From: a bacterium
GTDB taxonomy: Bacteria; UBA10199; 2-02-FULL-50-16; JAJFLM01
DNA: 64,000 bases
Direction: 5' to 3'
NCBI GenBank assembly: GCA_965216315.1
Contig: CBDCFN010000016.1
Location: 480,001 to 544,000 of the forward strand
In this document: one piece after another, positions 29,218-44,875 of the stretch
Layout of the letters: the number at the start of each line of letters is the position of its first letter
How positions within the stretch are numbered: position 1 is the stretch's first letter
Made by a program: the position numbers and the translations under genes
The notes under the pieces: model-generated
Told to the model about the DNA's origin: nothing
The model's database searches: none
What the model saw: only the letters and a program-made list of their open reading frames with translations

Positions 29218-29750
29218 GTGAAGAGCATAAGTGGTATGTCGTACATACCTATTCCGGTTTTGAGCAGAAGGCCAAGATGGCTTTGGAGGAAAAAATTAAG
29301 TCGGCCAAGATGGACGAGATGTTCTCAGATATTTTGGTCCCTTCGGAATCATTGGTGGAGATCAAAAAAGGGGTCAAGAAGACGACAAGCCGTAAATTTT
29401 TTCCGGGGTACATGCTCGTTAAGATGGAGCTCAACGATTATACCTGGCACCTCGTAAAGAGTGTGCCAAAGGTAACTGGTTTTGTCGGGACGTCTCAGCG
29501 ACCCCCGAGCGTTCCCGATGAAGAAGTGGAAAGAATTACGACGCAGATTAGCGAAGGGACATTAAAGCCGAAACCGAAAATAAGTTTTGAAAAGGGTGAG
29601 AGTATCAGGGTGATCGATGGCCCATTCACCAATTTTAACGGGATTGTTGATGAGGTGAAGCCCGAAAAAGGCAAGGTAAAGGTCTTAGTAAGTATTTTTG
29701 GGCGTTCCACGCCGGTGGAACTCGATTTTATGCAGCTAGAAAAAAATTAA
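29214..29750 (+). CDS. nusG: Transcription antitermination factor NusG
   Basis: WYVVHTYSG, FFPGY, GPF, VSIFGRSTPVEL. Confidence 0.99.
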   Translation: MSEEHKWYVVHTYSGFEQKAKMALEEKIKSAKMDEMFSDILVPSESLVEIKKGVKKTTSRKFFPGYMLVKMELNDYTWHLVKSVPKVTGFVGTSQRPPSVPDEEVERITTQISEGTLKPKPKISFEKGESIRVIDGPFTNFNGIVDEVKPEKGKVKVLVSIFGRSTPVELDFMQLEKN

Positions 29751-29830
29751 CGGAGTTTAGTCAAGCTTTAAGCTGTGCTTGAAGCGCGAAACAAATTCGT
29801 AGCGTAGCGAAGAAGTTGTGGAGTAAAAAG

Positions 29831-30262
29831 ATGGCACCCCCGAAGAAAGTCATGTCTTACATTAAATTGCAGTGTCCTGGCGGACAGGCTAATCCGTCCC
29901 CACCGGTTGGTCCGGCCCTAGGCCAACATGGCGTCAATATCATGGAGTTTTGCAAGGCCTTCAATGCAAAGACGCAAGATCAGCAAGGGACGATTTTCCC
30001 TGTTGTCATCACAGTATACGCAGATCGTTCGTTTACGTTTATTGTAAAGTCTCCACCGGCCAGTGTTTTGTTGATGAAAGCTCTCAAGGTCAAGAAGGGG
30101 TCCGGTACTCCCAATAAGAATAAAATTGGCAAGGTGACGCGTAAGCAGATCGAGGAAATAGTCGAAATAAAAAAGGACGATCTTAATGCCCGAGATGTGG
30201 ATGCGGCCGCCAAGATTATTGAAGGGACGGCGCGCAGCATGGGGATAGAGGTGGCAGGATAA
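29831..30262 (+). CDS. rplK: 50S ribosomal protein L11
   Basis: [26 protein letters not shown]. Confidence 0.99.
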   Translation: MAPPKKVMSYIKLQCPGGQANPSPPVGPALGQHGVNIMEFCKAFNAKTQDQQGTIFPVVITVYADRSFTFIVKSPPASVLLMKALKVKKGSGTPNKNKIGKVTRKQIEEIVEIKKDDLNARDVDAAAKIIEGTARSMGIEVAG

Positions 30263-30942
30263 TGGGAAAAAAGTACGCAGTAGCGGCAGAAAAAGTCGAT
30301 CGTAACATCACCTATAGCTTAGAAGATGGGCTTAAGCTGGTTACGGAAACGAATGTTGCTAAGTTTGACGAGAGCGTCGATGTTGTTATCCGCTTGGGTG
30401 TTGATGCGCGCAAATCTGACCAGATGGTTCGTGGAGCCGTGACATTGCCGCAGGGTCTCGGCAAAGAAGTTCGCGTGGTTGTTTTTGCAAAAGGTGAAGC
30501 CGGAAATCAGGCAAGTGCTGCAGGCGCCGAGCATGTTGGGGTCGAGGATCTTGTCGAAAAGATTAATGGTGGTTGGACTGATTTTGATCGGGTGATTGCC
30601 ACTCCGGACCTGATGGCTCAGGTCAGTAAGTTAGGTCGCGTCTTGGGGCCGCGGGGTTTGATGCCTAATCCGAAGACGGGGACCGTGACGACGGATGTCG
30701 AAAAGGCCGTCAAGGAGGCTAAGCAAGGTAAGGTCCAGTTTAAAATCGATAAGGCGGGACTCGTGCACGCTTCAATTGGCAAAGTTAGTTTTGGCGGCGA
30801 GCGACTTAAAGAAAACCTCCATGCCTTGGTCGATGCACTGAAGCGGGCAAAGCCTGCGACAGCCAAGGGAGTTTATATTAGGAAAGTGTCGGTATCGACG
30901 ACAATGGGTCCGGGGATTACGTTGGATCGAAGTGTTTTCTAG
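30262..30942 (+). CDS. rplA: 50S ribosomal protein L1
   Basis: [27 protein letters not shown]. Confidence 0.99.
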   Translation: MGKKYAVAAEKVDRNITYSLEDGLKLVTETNVAKFDESVDVVIRLGVDARKSDQMVRGAVTLPQGLGKEVRVVVFAKGEAGNQASAAGAEHVGVEDLVEKINGGWTDFDRVIATPDLMAQVSKLGRVLGPRGLMPNPKTGTVTTDVEKAVKEAKQGKVQFKIDKAGLVHASIGKVSFGGERLKENLHALVDALKRAKPATAKGVYIRKVSVSTTMGPGITLDRSVF

Positions 30943-30959
30943 GATGGGCGGAGACGGAT

Positions 30960-31475
30960 ATGAATCGAACTGAAAAACAAGCGAAGGTAGCGGAGCTTCA
31001 AGATCAATATAAAGCCGCGGCGGCGATCTTTTTGAGTGACTATCGTGGATTGACGGTCGCTGAAATGACCGAAATTCGTGATGAACTGATGAAAGTTCAA
31101 TCACGGATGCAGGTCGTGAAAAATCGTTTAATGAAACGAGCCCTGGCGGATGCCTCTGTTTCGGAATTGGATGAGCATTTAACGGGGCCAACAGCGATTG
31201 CTTTTGTTGATGAAGATCCTGTCGGAGCGGCCAAGGTGCTGGCCAAATTCCAGAAAGAGTTTGAGGCTCTAGAGATTAGAGCGGGGGTCATGAAGGGTGA
31301 GGTTATCGATGCCAAGCAAATCGAAGCCCTTTCAAAGCTGCCTTCAAGAGAAGAGCTTTATGCAAAATTATTGGGAACTTTGTCAGCCCCGGCGAGCAAT
31401 ATGGTTCGGGTCTTACAAGGTAATGCTGAAAAATTAGTAAGAGTTCTCGCCGCCGTGCGAGACACAAAGGAATAG
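30960..31475 (+). CDS. rplJ: 50S ribosomal protein L10
   Basis: DYRGLTV, VVKNRL, LSKLPSREEL. Confidence 0.98.
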   Translation: MNRTEKQAKVAELQDQYKAAAAIFLSDYRGLTVAEMTEIRDELMKVQSRMQVVKNRLMKRALADASVSELDEHLTGPTAIAFVDEDPVGAAKVLAKFQKEFEALEIRAGVMKGEVIDAKQIEALSKLPSREELYAKLLGTLSAPASNMVRVLQGNAEKLVRVLAAVRDTKE

Positions 31476-31494
31476 GAAGTTTTAGGAGGAAATT

Positions 31495-31872
31495 ATGGCT
31501 ACGGTATCTCGTGAAGACATCGTTGAATCACTAAAGGCCATGCCGCTTCTCGAAGTGGCCGAGCTGGTCAAAGAACTCGAAGACGTTTTTGGCGTTTCTG
31601 CAGCGGCTCCCGTTGCGGTAGCTGCTGCGGCTGCGGGTGGTGAAGCAGCGGCTGAGGAAAAGGATTCTTTCGACGTTGTATTAGCTGCTGCGGGCGACAA
31701 TAAGATCGGAGCGATCAAAGAAGTTCGTGCGATTACAGGACTTGGTCTCAAAGAAGCTAAGGATCTGGTTGAAGGAGCACCTAAGGCAATTAAAGAAGGT
31801 GTGCCGAAGGAAGAGGCGGAAAAACTTAAAGAGCAGCTCGAAAAGGCTGGCGCAAAGGTCGAGCTTAAGTAG
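31495..31872 (+). CDS. rplL: 50S ribosomal protein L7/L12
   Basis: [24 protein letters not shown]. Confidence 0.99.
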   Translation: MATVSREDIVESLKAMPLLEVAELVKELEDVFGVSAAAPVAVAAAAAGGEAAAEEKDSFDVVLAAAGDNKIGAIKEVRAITGLGLKEAKDLVEGAPKAIKEGVPKEEAEKLKEQLEKAGAKVELK

Positions 31873-31994
31873 GAGTGCCTACTTTATTGAGGGTTCCTCA
31901 AAAGGGTTCCCGGTCTGTTCTTGAGAAAATGAGTAGCGACAAGGGGCGCACGTGCGCCCTAGCGCTGTTTGAATGTAATTAAAGAGAGGTCTTT

Positions 31995-34900
31995 ATGCCC
32001 GTCGACATCAAGGAACGCATTTATTTTAGGGACTTTGGGATGATTGAGGGGATGCCGGTCCCTAATCTGATCGATATCCAGAGAGAGTCCTTTAGAAAGT
32101 TTCTGCAGGCAGACGTGGAAGCTGAAAAACGCGAACCAATTGGATTGCAAGGTGTTTTTCAATCGGTTTTTCCAATCAAGGATTTCAATAATACGGCGAG
32201 CCTTGAATTTATTTCCTATCATTTGGGTCAACCTAAATATGATGTCGTCGAATGTCGTCAGCGTGGCATGACCTTTGCTGCACCTGTCAGAGTCGTTGTG
32301 CGCCTGGTTGTGTGGGATGTCGACCCTGACACTCAAGTGCAATCGATTCGCGACGTCAAAGAACAGGAAGTTTATTTTGGCGAAATTCCATTAATGACGG
32401 ATCATGGGACCTTTATTATTAATGGGACTGAACGCGTCATTGTCAGCCAATTGCATCGTTCGCCTGGTATCTTCTTTGAGCATGATAAAGGGAAAACACA
32501 TTCGTCTGGAAAGCTTTTGTATTCGGCGCGAGTCATCCCTTATCGGGGAAGCTGGCTTGATTTAGAATTTGATCCCAAAGATATTTTGCATGTTCGTATT
32601 GATCGCCGCCGCAAGTTTCCTGCGACAATACTTTTAAAGGCGCTTGGCTATTCAGGTAAAGAGCAGCTTGCCTATTATTATAAATACGAAACCTACACCT
32701 ATGAAGGACGAAAGTATTCCAAAGATGTCGTTCTTGATGTTCTGCCGTTTCAACGCGCGTCCCAGGATATAAAGGATCCGAAAGCAAAAGAAGTAGTCGT
32801 CAAGGCGGGTCGGAAGTTTACGAGGCCAGTACTTAAAAAGATTCAAGAGGCTAAAGTTAAGAGCATTCCGGTTGATTCAGCTGAGATGATCGATCGAATT
32901 GTGGCAAAAGACCTCGTTAATAAGAGTACGGGTGAAGTTATTGTTGAGGCTGGTCAGCCTTTGACTGAGGAGAAACTTGATGAAGTTCGGCAGGCGAAGA
33001 TTCAAGAGATTCCTCTCTACTTTATCGATAATTTAAATGTTGGGCCGTACATTTTAAGTACTCTTCAGGCTGATAAGACAGAGTCTCAGGACGAAGCGGT
33101 TATGGAAATATACCGGCGCTTGCGTCCAGGTGAGCCGCCAACACCTGAGTCGGCGTTGACCTTCTTCAATAATCTTTTCTTCAATTCGGATCGCTATGAC
33201 TTATCCAGGGTTGGTCGTCTTAAGATGAACCATAAGTTCGGTTATGATTTGCCTCTTGATGTTACGACTCTGCGCAAAGAAGATATTCTCGATACGGTTC
33301 GGTATTTATGTGATCTCAAAGACGGGCGTCGTCAGGTTGACGATATCGATCACTTAGGAAATAGGCGCGTTCGTTCCGTTGGTGAATTGCTGGAAAATCA
33401 GTATCGCGTTGGATTGGTGCGCATGGAGCGGGCGATTAAAGAGCGTATGAGCCTGCAAGATGTTGAGACGTTGATGCCCAATGATCTCATTAATCCGAAG
33501 CCGGTGTCCGCGGTTGTAAAAGAATTTTTTGGCTCGAGCCAGCTTTCACAATTTATGGATCAGACGAATCCTTTGTCAGAGGTGACGCATAAGCGGCGTC
33601 TCTCCGCATTAGGTCCGGGTGGCTTGACGCGTGAACGTGCCGGCTTTGAAGTGCGGGATGTTCATACAACTCACTATGGGCGCATTTGTCCGATTGAAAC
33701 TCCTGAAGGTCCGAATATCGGACTGATATCTTCGTTGGCGACTTTTGCCCGGATTAATGAATTTGGTTTTATTGAGACGCCTTATCGTAAAGTCGAGAAA
33801 GGTCGCGTGTCGGATGACGTTCAGTACTATTCAGCGTTGGAAGAGGAAAATCATACGATTGCGCAGGCCAATGCGAAGCTCGACAACAAAGGGCGTTTCG
33901 TCAATGAGCGCGTTGGGGCGCGGATGAGCGGTGACTTTCAGATGATACCTAATGCAGAAATTGATTTGATGGATGTATCGCCTAATCAATTGGTTAGTGT
34001 CGCGGCATCCATGATACCGTTTTTGGAACATGACGATGCCAACCGCGCCTTGATGGGGTCGAACATGCAGCGGCAGGCGGTTCCACTTTTAAAAACGGCG
34101 GCTCCTTTAGTCGGTACGGGGGTCGAGAATAAAGTTGCTAAGGATTCAGGCGTTACTATTGTTGCGAAGCGTAAAGGAACAGTGATTAGCGTTGATGCAA
34201 GTCGAATCGTTATTAAGGCGGATAAGGGCCGTAAAAAAGGCGGTGCAAGCGAAGTCGATATCTACAATCTGACTAAGTATAGACGGTCTAACCAAAATAC
34301 GTGTGTCAATCAAAAGCCTATTGTTCGCGAGGGTGATAAAGTAGAAGCAGGTGATATTGTTGCTGATGGTCCGGCCACGGATCGTGGAACATTGGCGCTG
34401 GGACAAAATGTCCTCGTCGCTTTCATGTTGTGGAATGGTTACAACTTTGAGGATTCGATACTGGTTAGCGAACGGCTGGTTAAGGACGATATATTTACTT
34501 CCATTCATATTGAGGAATTTGAGTGTATTGCGCGCGACACCAAACTTGGTCGTGAGGAAATCACAAGGGATATACCGAATGTCGGTGATGAAGCTTTAGC
34601 TGATCTTGATGACAGTGGGATTGTTAGGATCGGTGCTGAAGTAAAGGCAACAGATATTCTTGTTGGTAAGATTACACCGAAAGGCGAGACTCAGCTATCA
34701 CCTGAGGAGAAATTGCTACGGGCAATTTTTGGTGAAAAGGCAGGCGATGTTAAAGACACTTCTTTGCGTGTTCCTCCGGGTGTAACCGGGACGGTTATCA
34801 GCGCTCAGGTTTTCTCACGCGAAGGCGCCGAGTTGGATGAACGTGCCAAGGCGATCCAAGAAAAAGAGACCAAGAAACTTCTTAAGGATCGTGATGATGA

Positions 34901-36095
34901 AATCTCTATTATTCGTGACAGTGTGCGTAAAAAACTTGCGTCGCTCTTGTCAGGAAAAACCAATACTTCAAAAGTCATGGATGATGATGGGGATAAAGTC
35001 CTTTTAGCTAAAGACAAGAAAATAGCAGACAGTGACCTTAAAGGTATTCCCGTAGAGCGCTGGGCTGAAATTTCCGTCGGAGATGAGGATACAGAGCAAG
35101 AGGCACAGGACATTATCGAGGCGATGGAAGAGAAAATCGATCTCGTTAAGATGGTTTTTGATCAAAAGGTCAGTCAGCTGAAGAAAGGTGATGAATTGCC
35201 TCCTGGAGTTGTCAAAATCGTCAAAGTTTATGTGGCTATTAAGCGTAAGCTCGCAGTCGGCGATAAAATGGCCGGGCGACACGGGAATAAAGGTGTTATT
35301 AGTCGCATTTTGCCACAAGAAGATATGCCTTATCTTGCCGATGGGACCCCGGTTGACATCGTGCTTAATCCACTTGGTGTTCCGTCACGTATGAATGTTG
35401 GCCAGATCTTAGAGACTCATTTGGGTTGGGCGGCGCGTGGTTTAGGTCAGAGAATTGGTGAAATGCTGGAGCAGCAGTCCAGTAGGGATGAACTGAAGAA
35501 ACTTCTTAAAAGCATCTATAGTTCCAAAGAGTTTGACGAATTGCTGGATAGCTTTTCTGATGAAGACCTGATGCGCTTTGCAACGAGTCTTAAGGCAGGT
35601 GTTCACATGTCTACGCCTGTCTTTGATGGGGCTTCGGAAGAGCAAATTTATGACCTTATGGAACATGCAGAGCTTGATCGCTCCGGTCAGACTATTTTGT
35701 TTGATGGTTGCACGGGTGAGGCCTTTGATCATCCGGTAACGGTTGGGGTGATGTATGTGCTGAAACTTCACCATCTTGTGGATGAAAAATTACATGCTCG
35801 TTCGATTGGGCCTTATTCCTTGGTCACGCAGCAGCCGCTGGGTGGTAAGGCACAGTTTGGCGGTCAACGCCTTGGTGAGATGGAAGTATGGGCATTGGAG
35901 GCCTACGGTGCGGCTTATGCCTTGCAGGAATTCCTGACGGTTAAGTCGGATGATGTCTTAGGGCGGACGCGCATGTATGAGATGATTGTTAAAGGTGAAA
36001 AGAATTTTGAGCCAGGTGTTCCGGAATCATTTAATGTGGCAACCAAGGAATTAATGGCATTGAGTCTCGACGTGAAGCTTCACGAGACTGAATAG
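31995..36095 (+). CDS. rpoB: RNA polymerase beta subunit
   Basis: [33 protein letters not shown]. Confidence 0.99.
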   Translation: MPVDIKERIYFRDFGMIEGMPVPNLIDIQRESFRKFLQADVEAEKREPIGLQGVFQSVFPIKDFNNTASLEFISYHLGQPKYDVVECRQRGMTFAAPVRVVVRLVVWDVDPDTQVQSIRDVKEQEVYFGEIPLMTDHGTFIINGTERVIVSQLHRSPGIFFEHDKGKTHSSGKLLYSARVIPYRGSWLDLEFDPKDILHVRIDRRRKFPATILLKALGYSGKEQLAYYYKYETYTYEGRKYSKDVVLDVLPFQRASQDIKDPKAKEVVVKAGRKFTRPVLKKIQEAKVKSIPVDSAEMIDRIVAKDLVNKSTGEVIVEAGQPLTEEKLDEVRQAKIQEIPLYFIDNLNVGPYILSTLQADKTESQDEAVMEIYRRLRPGEPPTPESALTFFNNLFFNSDRYDLSRVGRLKMNHKFGYDLPLDVTTLRKEDILDTVRYLCDLKDGRRQVDDIDHLGNRRVRSVGELLENQYRVGLVRMERAIKERMSLQDVETLMPNDLINPKPVSAVVKEFFGSSQLSQFMDQTNPLSEVTHKRRLSALGPGGLTRERAGFEVRDVHTTHYGRICPIETPEGPNIGLISSLATFARINEFGFIETPYRKVEKGRVSDDVQYYSALEEENHTIAQANAKLDNKGRFVNERVGARMSGDFQMIPNAEIDLMDVSPNQLVSVAASMIPFLEHDDANRALMGSNMQRQAVPLLKTAAPLVGTGVENKVAKDSGVTIVAKRKGTVISVDASRIVIKADKGRKKGGASEVDIYNLTKYRRSNQNTCVNQKPIVREGDKVEAGDIVADGPATDRGTLALGQNVLVAFMLWNGYNFEDSILVSERLVKDDIFTSIHIEEFECIARDTKLGREEITRDIPNVGDEALADLDDSGIVRIGAEVKATDILVGKITPKGETQLSPEEKLLRAIFGEKAGDVKDTSLRVPPGVTGTVISAQVFSREGAELDERAKAIQEKETKKLLKDRDDEISIIRDSVRKKLASLLSGKTNTSKVMDDDGDKVLLAKDKKIADSDLKGIPVERWAEISVGDEDTEQEAQDIIEAMEEKIDLVKMVFDQKVSQLKKGDELPPGVVKIVKVYVAIKRKLAVGDKMAGRHGNKGVISRILPQEDMPYLADGTPVDIVLNPLGVPSRMNVGQILETHLGWAARGLGQRIGEMLEQQSSRDELKKLLKSIYSSKEFDELLDSFSDEDLMRFATSLKAGVHMSTPVFDGASEEQIYDLMEHAELDRSGQTILFDGCTGEAFDHPVTVGVMYVLKLHHLVDEKLHARSIGPYSLVTQQPLGGKAQFGGQRLGEMEVWALEAYGAAYALQEFLTVKSDDVLGRTRMYEMIVKGEKNFEPGVPESFNVATKELMALSLDVKLHETE

Positions 36096-36120
36096 GGCTT
36101 GTTTATAGGAGATCGATTGC

Positions 36121-39100
36121 ATGGATATTTACGGATATTTTGAAAAGCCAAAAGACCCGGTCGCTTATACGGGAATTCAAATTGGCATTGCGTCTCCCGA
36201 CAAAATTCTCAGTTGGTCTCACGGCGAAGTTAAGAAGCCGGAAACGATCAACTATCGGACGTTTAAGCCTGAGCGTGACGGTCTTTTTTGTGCCAAAATT
36301 TTTGGGCCTGTAAAGGACTACGAATGTAATTGTGGAAAATACAAACGCATGAAGCACCGGGGTATCGTTTGTGAAAAATGCGGTGTTGAAGTCATTCCGT
36401 CCAAAGTTCGTCGTGAGCGTATGGGCCATATCAAGTTAGCGACGCCTGTAGCGCATATCTGGTTTCTTAAAAGTCTCCCCTCTCGAATAGGGACGCTGTT
36501 GGATATTACGTTACGTGATCTCGAACGTGTTCTATATTGTGAGGCGTATCTTGTGATTGATCCGGGCAACACAGAGCTTGAAGAGCGCCAGGTCTTAAGC
36601 GAGGATCAGTATCAACAAGCCATTGAAGAGTTCGGTCCTAAGTTTGTAGCCGATATGGGCGGGACGGCGGTTAAGGAAGTCCTGAAACATATGGACCTCG
36701 AAGAAATTTCGAAGACCATTCGCCAAAATTTAGAAGAAACACGGTCTCAGGCGACGAAGGCAAAACTTTCAAAGCGCCTCAAGATTGTGGAGTCATTTCT
36801 TAATTCAGATAACCGCCCTGAATGGATGATGTTGGATGTTGTCCCCGTTCTGCCACCTGACTTGAGGCCCTTGGTGCCGCTTGAAGGGGGACGTTTTGCG
36901 ACCTCCGACTTGAATGATCTCTATCGGCGCGTGATTAATCGAAATAATCGACTCAAACGTCTCATGGAGCTCAATGCTCCGGATATCATTATTCGCAACG
37001 AGAAGCGCATGTTGCAGGAAGCTGTAGATGCGCTCCTTGATAACGGGCGTCGTGGCAAGACTTTTACAGGGCCTAATAAAAGACCGCTTCGTTCTTTGTC
37101 GGACATGCTTAAAGGTAAGCAAGGTCGATTTCGTCAGAATTTACTTGGGAAGCGTGTCGACTACTCGGGCCGTTCCGTTATCGTCGTCGGTCCTGAGCTT
37201 AAGTTGCACCAGTGCGGGTTGCCTAAGATAATGGCGCTGGAACTGTTTAAACCTTTTATCTATCAGAAGCTTGAAGAACGGGGATATGTCTCGACCATTA
37301 AGGGCGCAAAGAAAATGGTTGAGAACCAGACACAAGAAGTTTGGGATATTCTCGATGAGGTGATTCAAGAGCATCCGATTATGTTGAACCGGGCGCCTAC
37401 GTTGCACCGCTTGGGCATTCAGGCTTTTGAGCCTGTGCTGATTGAAGGTAAAGCGATTCGTCTCCATCCCTTGGTGTGTACCGCATTTAATGCTGACTTT
37501 GATGGGGACCAAATGGCCGTCCATGTTCCCCTCTCAGTTGAAGCGCAGATTGAGGCTCGGGTTTTGATGATGAGTACGAACAATATCTTATCTCCGGCCA
37601 ATGGTAGGCCGATTATTGTGCCGACTCAGGATATGGTGCTGGGTATCTATTACCTAACGCGTGAATTGCCTTTTTCTGCGGGAGAAGGAAAGACATTTGG
37701 CTCGCCTGAGGAAGTTCGCATCGCATACGATGCAGGGCATTTGGATTTGCATGCCCGCATTAATGTTCGCTTTCAAGAGAAGCGTATCGAGACAACAGTG
37801 GGTCGAATCGTTCTTTATGAAATTGTTCCTAATGAGATTCCGTTTGAGACGATCAATAAAGTCATGTCCAAGAAGGATATTACGGACCTGATTGAGTATT
37901 GCTACCGAGAATGTGGCAATAAAAAGACGGTTCTCTTGGCGGATCATTTGCGTGCTCTGGGTTTCCGTCACTCAACGAAGGCCGGTATTTCTATTTGTAT
38001 GGGGAATATGGAAATACCTGTGAAAAAACAGGAATTGCTTGACCAGGCGAGTTTGCAGGTTCGGGAGATTGACACTCAATATCAAGAGGGCCTGATCACC
38101 GCAGGTGAAAAATATAATAAGGTTGTCGATATATGGGCTGACACGACAGAGCGGGTGGCTCGTGAGATGATGAACAGCCTGAGTAAGGATGTGTTTGAGG
38201 GCCCCGAAGGGCAAAAGAAGGAAGTCGTCGGCTTTAATCCAATCTTTATTATGGCAGATTCGGGTGCTCGAGGTTCAGCACAGCAGATGAGGCAGTTGGC
38301 CGGTATGCGCGGACTGATGGCCAAGCCCTCCGGTGAAATTATTGAAACTCCTATTACGGCGAATTTCCGTGAAGGATTGACGGCACTCCAATACTTTATT
38401 TCGACTCACGGGGCTCGTAAGGGTTTGGCGGATACGGCTCTCAAGACAGCAAACTCAGGGTATCTGACGCGCCGCCTCGTGGACGTTGCTCAAGATGCGA
38501 TTGTTTCTGAATATGATTGTAAGACGCCTGATTCGATTGAAGTTGGATCCCTGATTGAAGGCGGTGAAATCATTGAGCACTTAGGGTCTCGTATACTCGG
38601 TCGCGTCGCTCCGGAAGATATTAAAGATCCTTTCACTGATGAAGTGATCGTTAAAAAGGATGAGCAAGTGACCGAAGAGCACGTAGCTAAGATTGAGGAG
38701 TCGGGGCTGGAAAAGGTTCGTATCCGTTCGGTTTTAACCTGTAGAAGTGACTGGGGTATTTGCGTTCAGTGTTATGGGCGAGATCTGGCTCGTGGACATC
38801 TCGTCAATATTGGTGAGGCAGTTGGGGTTATTGCTGCGCAGTCTATCGGTGAACCAGGTACGCAGCTGACCATGCGGACTTTCCATATTGGTGGGACGGC
38901 GTCGAGGCGGGTTGAACAGTCTACGCTGGAAAGCCGTCACGAAGGTGTGGTTAAGTTTATCAACCTTAAATCCGTGCAGGATCGATATAAGTCACTCAAA
39001 GTCATGAATCGCAACGGCGAAGTTGCAATTGTCGATGATGAAGGGCGTGAACGTGAAAGATATCAAGTGATCTATGGAGCCCGTATTTTAGTGAAAGAGG

Positions 39101-40230
39101 GCGATAGGGTAAAGAATGGCACGTTGATGGCTGAGTGGGATCCGTATACAACTCCAATTGTTACCGAAGTGGGAGGGACGATCAAATTTGGTGACATCGT
39201 TGAAGGTGTGTCGATGCGCGAAGAAGTGGATCAGGTCTCAGGATTATCGACAAAGGTTATCTCTGAATCGAAAGATCCCAGTTTGCGCCCACGTATTTCT
39301 GTCAAAGACGAAAAAGATGGTACCAAGATTATTCCGGGCAGTGATCGTGAAGCCCGTTATCTCTTACCGTTGCATGCCCACTTAATAGCTGCTGAAGGAG
39401 ACGCTGTCGAAGCGGGTGATGTTATTGCCAAGATACCGCGTGAAACAACCAAAACTAAGGATATTACGGGTGGTCTGCCCCGAGTTGCAGAGCTGTTTGA
39501 AGCGCGAAAGCCGAAAGACTGTGCGGTTGTTACTGAGATTGAGGGTGTCGTAAGTTTTGGTAAAGATACAAAGGGTAAGCGTAAGGTCATTATTACGCCC
39601 GAGGTCGGAGAGCCCGAAGAGTATCTTATTCCGCGAGCCAAACACATCGCTGTTCATGAAGGAGATCATGTCAGGCCCGGTGATCCATTGATGGACGGTG
39701 CATCGAACCCACATGATATTTTAAAAGTCATGGGTGAAAAGGAATTGGCGAAGTATCTCGTTGATGAAATTCAAGAAGTGTATCGACTGCAGGGCGTGCA
39801 AATTAATGACAAGCATATTGAGACGATCGTGCGCCAAATGCTCCGACGGATTCGTATATTGGATCCGGGCGACAGTAGCTTCTTGATTGAAGAGCAAGTT
39901 GAAAAACAGGCATTTCGGCGCGAGAATGAACGGATCAAAGAAGCTGGTGGCAAGCCGGCGGTGGGTGAGCCCATGTTGCTTGGTATCACCAAGGCTTCCT
40001 TGTCGATCGATAGTTTTATTTCAGCGGCGTCATTCCAGGAGACGACCAAGGTGCTTACGGAGGCGGCAGTCTCCGGCAAGACTGACTTTCTGCGGGGTCT
40101 CAAAGAGAATGTTATTATGGGCCGCTTGATACCCGCTGGAACTGGGTTCACTCGGTACCAGCAGTACCAGATCGAGGTGAAAGAAGAAGGTAATGCAGCA
40201 GAAGAATCCGTACCCCCTGGAGCGGCCTAA
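36121..40230 (+). CDS. rpoC: RNA polymerase beta' subunit
   Basis: [10 protein letters not shown]-terminal Zn finger, QLTMRTFH. Confidence 0.99.
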   Translation: MDIYGYFEKPKDPVAYTGIQIGIASPDKILSWSHGEVKKPETINYRTFKPERDGLFCAKIFGPVKDYECNCGKYKRMKHRGIVCEKCGVEVIPSKVRRERMGHIKLATPVAHIWFLKSLPSRIGTLLDITLRDLERVLYCEAYLVIDPGNTELEERQVLSEDQYQQAIEEFGPKFVADMGGTAVKEVLKHMDLEEISKTIRQNLEETRSQATKAKLSKRLKIVESFLNSDNRPEWMMLDVVPVLPPDLRPLVPLEGGRFATSDLNDLYRRVINRNNRLKRLMELNAPDIIIRNEKRMLQEAVDALLDNGRRGKTFTGPNKRPLRSLSDMLKGKQGRFRQNLLGKRVDYSGRSVIVVGPELKLHQCGLPKIMALELFKPFIYQKLEERGYVSTIKGAKKMVENQTQEVWDILDEVIQEHPIMLNRAPTLHRLGIQAFEPVLIEGKAIRLHPLVCTAFNADFDGDQMAVHVPLSVEAQIEARVLMMSTNNILSPANGRPIIVPTQDMVLGIYYLTRELPFSAGEGKTFGSPEEVRIAYDAGHLDLHARINVRFQEKRIETTVGRIVLYEIVPNEIPFETINKVMSKKDITDLIEYCYRECGNKKTVLLADHLRALGFRHSTKAGISICMGNMEIPVKKQELLDQASLQVREIDTQYQEGLITAGEKYNKVVDIWADTTERVAREMMNSLSKDVFEGPEGQKKEVVGFNPIFIMADSGARGSAQQMRQLAGMRGLMAKPSGEIIETPITANFREGLTALQYFISTHGARKGLADTALKTANSGYLTRRLVDVAQDAIVSEYDCKTPDSIEVGSLIEGGEIIEHLGSRILGRVAPEDIKDPFTDEVIVKKDEQVTEEHVAKIEESGLEKVRIRSVLTCRSDWGICVQCYGRDLARGHLVNIGEAVGVIAAQSIGEPGTQLTMRTFHIGGTASRRVEQSTLESRHEGVVKFINLKSVQDRYKSLKVMNRNGEVAIVDDEGRERERYQVIYGARILVKEGDRVKNGTLMAEWDPYTTPIVTEVGGTIKFGDIVEGVSMREEVDQVSGLSTKVISESKDPSLRPRISVKDEKDGTKIIPGSDREARYLLPLHAHLIAAEGDAVEAGDVIAKIPRETTKTKDITGGLPRVAELFEARKPKDCAVVTEIEGVVSFGKDTKGKRKVIITPEVGEPEEYLIPRAKHIAVHEGDHVRPGDPLMDGASNPHDILKVMGEKELAKYLVDEIQEVYRLQGVQINDKHIETIVRQMLRRIRILDPGDSSFLIEEQVEKQAFRRENERIKEAGGKPAVGEPMLLGITKASLSIDSFISAASFQETTKVLTEAAVSGKTDFLRGLKENVIMGRLIPAGTGFTRYQQYQIEVKEEGNAAEESVPPGAA

Positions 40231-40358
40231 GGGGTCAAAATCCTTGACTCTTCTAGGGTGATGGGGTTAGGTACGCGTCTCCTTTGACCTTTTACGGGGA
40301 GCGGGGGACTTTTGCGCAAAAACGTGAACATAAAAAAGTATAAAGAAATCAGTAAGTT

Positions 40359-40730
40359 ATGCCAACGATTAATCAGCTGGTCCGTAAAGGACGCAAGCCA
40401 GTTTTCAAAAAGGGTACGGCCCCGGCTCTCAAGAGCTGTCCGCAGCGGCGGGGGGTCTGCGTCCGCGTCTATACGACAACTCCCAAAAAGCCTAATTCGG
40501 CCCTCCGTAAAGTCGCCCGTGTTCGCCTGACCACGGGCATCGAAGTGACTGCTTACATTCCTGGGATTGGACATAATCTGCAAGAGCACTCGGTCGTTCT
40601 CGTGCGTGGCGGACGTGTTAAAGATCTTCCCGGGGTGCGATATCATGTCGTGCGCGGCAGTTTAGATACCTCCGGCGTGGAGAATCGGCGTCAGGGCCGT
40701 TCAAAGTATGGGGCCAAGCGTCCCAAATAG
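40359..40730 (+). CDS. rpsL: 30S ribosomal protein S12
   Basis: [20 protein letters not shown]. Confidence 0.99.
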   Translation: MPTINQLVRKGRKPVFKKGTAPALKSCPQRRGVCVRVYTTTPKKPNSALRKVARVRLTTGIEVTAYIPGIGHNLQEHSVVLVRGGRVKDLPGVRYHVVRGSLDTSGVENRRQGRSKYGAKRPK

Positions 40731-40740
40731 GAAATGAGAT

Positions 40741-41211
40741 ATGTCGCGTAAAGGCCCAATTCAAAAAAGAAAAATTATTCCGGATCCAAAATATAACGAT
40801 CGACTCCTGGCGCGACTCATTAATAAGGTAATGTATGACGGAAAGCGTTCAGTCGCTGAGAAAATTGTCTACAAGGCCTTTCATATCATCAGTGAGCAGA
40901 CGAAAGAAGATCCCCTTAAAATTTTCAAAGAATCCTTAGATCAGATTAAGCCGGCAGTCGAGGTTCGGTCGCGGCGCGTTGGTGGCGCGACCTATCAGGT
41001 TCCCGTTGAAGTGCGTTTTGAACGCCAAGTTTCTTTGGGTCTTCGTTGGCTTGTTGGCTATGCGCGAGAGCGGGGTGAGCGAACGATGGAACAAAAACTC
41101 GCGGGAGAAATACTGGATGCACATCAAGGTCGCGGCAACGCGATTCGGAAGCGTGAAGATATTCATCGCATGGCCGAAGCTAATAAGGCCTTTTCACATT
41201 ATCGGTGGTAA
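40741..41211 (+). CDS. rpsG: 30S ribosomal protein S7
   Basis: [19 protein letters not shown]. Confidence 0.99.
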   Translation: MSRKGPIQKRKIIPDPKYNDRLLARLINKVMYDGKRSVAEKIVYKAFHIISEQTKEDPLKIFKESLDQIKPAVEVRSRRVGGATYQVPVEVRFERQVSLGLRWLVGYARERGERTMEQKLAGEILDAHQGRGNAIRKREDIHRMAEANKAFSHYRW

Positions 41212-41214
41212 GAG

Positions 41215-43305
41215 ATGGCAGACCAAAAAGTTACATTAGATAAAACGCGCAACATCGGAATTATTGCCCATATTGATGCGGGTAAAACGACCGTAACCGA
41301 GCGGGTTCTTTTTTATACGGGGATTTCCCATAAAATAGGCGAAGTGCATGACGGAGCCGCCGTCATGGACTGGATGGAGCAAGAGCAGGAGCGCGGTATT
41401 ACGATTACATCGGCTGCAACGACCTGTTTTTGGAAAGATCACCGTATTAACATTATTGATACGCCGGGCCACGTTGATTTTACGATTGAGGTGGAGCGTT
41501 CTTTGCGTGTTCTTGATGGTGCGGTTGGTGTTTTTTGCGGCGTTGCGGGAGTGCAGCCTCAATCCGAAACCGTTTGGCGTCAGGGGAATCGTTATAAAGT
41601 CCCCCGCATGGCCTTTGTCAATAAGATGGATCGGACAGGCGCCGATTTCTTTCGTTGTATTCAGATGATGAAAGATCGTTTGAATGCGAATCCGGTCATC
41701 ATGGTCATTCCTATTGGAGCGGAAGAGAATTTCGAAGGAGTCGTCGATCTTATTGATATGAAGGCGATTCGTTTCGATGAAGCCACTAAGGGAGTTAAAG
41801 TTCTTGAGGGCGAAATTCCTGATGAACTGAAGGCGCAGGCGGAAGAATATCGTGAAAAAATGGTTGAAGAGATCGCCTCGCATGATGATGCTCTGATGGA
41901 GAAATATTTAGAAGGTGGCGATATCGCTCGTGAAGAGCTCATTGCTGCGGCGCGAAAGGCAACGATTGCGGGACTTATAACGCCGGCTTATTGCGGAACT
42001 GCCTTTAAGAATAAGGGTGTTCAGACGATGTTGGATGCCGTCATTGATTTCCTGCCATCGCCGCTCGATGTCCCTGACGTTGAGGGTTATGATCCGGAAA
42101 ATACTGAAAAGGCGTTGACGCGCAAGGCCGACCCCAAAGCTCCATTTGCCGCGTTGGCGTTTAAGATCATGACGGACCCTTTTGTCGGTTCATTGACCTT
42201 TATTCGCGTGTATTCCGGATCGCTTAATTCCGGCGACGAGGTCTATAACACGATCAAAAATAAGCGGGAGCGTTTGGGCCGTCTCCTTTTAATGCATGCC
42301 AATGAGCGTCAGCAGATCGATTCCATCAGTGCCGGTGATATCGTGTCTGTAGTGGGGCTGAAAACCGCGACGACCGGCGATACGCTCAGCGATGAAAAGA
42401 ATAAAATCGTCCTCGAATCGATGGATTTTCCGGATCCGGTTATTTCGGTTGCGATTGAACCAAAAAGTAAGGCGGACCAAGAGAAATTGTCTGTTGCCTT
42501 GCAGCGCTTGGCGAAAGAGGATCCCTCCTTTAAAGTGGCAGTGGATCACGAGACCGGACAGACGATCATTTCCGGCATGGGCGAGTTGCATTTGGAAATC
42601 ATTGTTGATCGCTTGATGCGTGAATTTAAAGTTGAAGCGAATGTCGGCCGCCCTCAAGTTGCTTACCGTGAGACTATTCAAGGGAATGCCGATGCCGAAT
42701 GTAAGTATGCGCGGCAGACCGGTGGTCGCGGTCAGTACGGTCATGTCAAGATACGCATCGAGCCGCTCGAGCGTGGGTCCGGTTTCGTCTTTGATAATAA
42801 GATCGTGGGCGGGCGCATTCCTAAAGAATTTATTCCGGCGGTGGAAAAGGGTATTTCAGAGGCCATGGAAGGCGGCGTGCTAGCCGGGTACAATTTGATC
42901 GATGTCCGCGTTGAGCTCTATGATGGCTCTTTCCATGAAGTGGATTCATCGGAAATGGCATTTAAAATTGCTGGTTCGATGGCGTTTAAGGATGCCGCAA
43001 AAAAAGCAGGTCTTGTTCTGCTTGAGCCAATGATGAAAATTGAAGTGACAACGCCGGAAGATTATCTCGGACCTGTTACCGGTGACCTGAACTCGCGCCG
43101 CGGCCGTATTATGGGAACGGATAAACAACATGGCATGGTGATACTTGATGCCGAAGTGCCACTGGCGCAAATGTTCGGGTATGCAACTGACCTTCGTTCC
43201 GCAACTCAAGGTCGTGCTGTTTTTTCCATGGAGTTTAATCATTACGAGCCTACACCGAGGAATGTGATGGATGAGATTGTGGCCAAGGTGCAGGGGCAGA
43301 AATAG
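41215..43305 (+). CDS. fusA: Elongation factor G
   Basis: [26 protein letters not shown]. Confidence 0.99.
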   Translation: MADQKVTLDKTRNIGIIAHIDAGKTTVTERVLFYTGISHKIGEVHDGAAVMDWMEQEQERGITITSAATTCFWKDHRINIIDTPGHVDFTIEVERSLRVLDGAVGVFCGVAGVQPQSETVWRQGNRYKVPRMAFVNKMDRTGADFFRCIQMMKDRLNANPVIMVIPIGAEENFEGVVDLIDMKAIRFDEATKGVKVLEGEIPDELKAQAEEYREKMVEEIASHDDALMEKYLEGGDIAREELIAAARKATIAGLITPAYCGTAFKNKGVQTMLDAVIDFLPSPLDVPDVEGYDPENTEKALTRKADPKAPFAALAFKIMTDPFVGSLTFIRVYSGSLNSGDEVYNTIKNKRERLGRLLLMHANERQQIDSISAGDIVSVVGLKTATTGDTLSDEKNKIVLESMDFPDPVISVAIEPKSKADQEKLSVALQRLAKEDPSFKVAVDHETGQTIISGMGELHLEIIVDRLMREFKVEANVGRPQVAYRETIQGNADAECKYARQTGGRGQYGHVKIRIEPLERGSGFVFDNKIVGGRIPKEFIPAVEKGISEAMEGGVLAGYNLIDVRVELYDGSFHEVDSSEMAFKIAGSMAFKDAAKKAGLVLLEPMMKIEVTTPEDYLGPVTGDLNSRRGRIMGTDKQHGMVILDAEVPLAQMFGYATDLRSATQGRAVFSMEFNHYEPTPRNVMDEIVAKVQGQK

Positions 43306-43332
43306 TTTTAACCGATTTGAAGGAGAGATCCC

Positions 43333-44523
<1,191 letters not shown>

Positions 44524-44536
44524 TAAGGAAGGCACG

Positions 44537-44863
44537 ATGGCCGGTTCATTAGAAGAAGGACAAAAAATTCGGATACGCCTGAGGGGATTTGATCACAAGT
44601 TGCTCGATCAGGCTGCTCAGGAAATCACTGAAACCTGTCACCGAACCGGTGCTAAGATGGCTGGTCCTATTCCTTTGCCGACGCGAATAGAGCGATACAC
44701 TGTATTACGCTCACCACATGTGGATAAAAAATCGCGTGAACAGTTTGAAATGCGAACACATAAGAGGCTGATTGATATTGTAGAACCAAATCAAGCCATG
44801 ATCGATGCCTTAATGAAGCTGGAGTTATCCGCAGGTGTCGATGTCGAAATAAAGATGATTTAG
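44537..44863 (+). CDS. rpsJ: 30S ribosomal protein S10
   Basis: [21 protein letters not shown]. Confidence 0.99.
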   Translation: MAGSLEEGQKIRIRLRGFDHKLLDQAAQEITETCHRTGAKMAGPIPLPTRIERYTVLRSPHVDKKSREQFEMRTHKRLIDIVEPNQAMIDALMKLELSAGVDVEIKMI

Positions 44864-44875
44864 GGATTAAGTGAG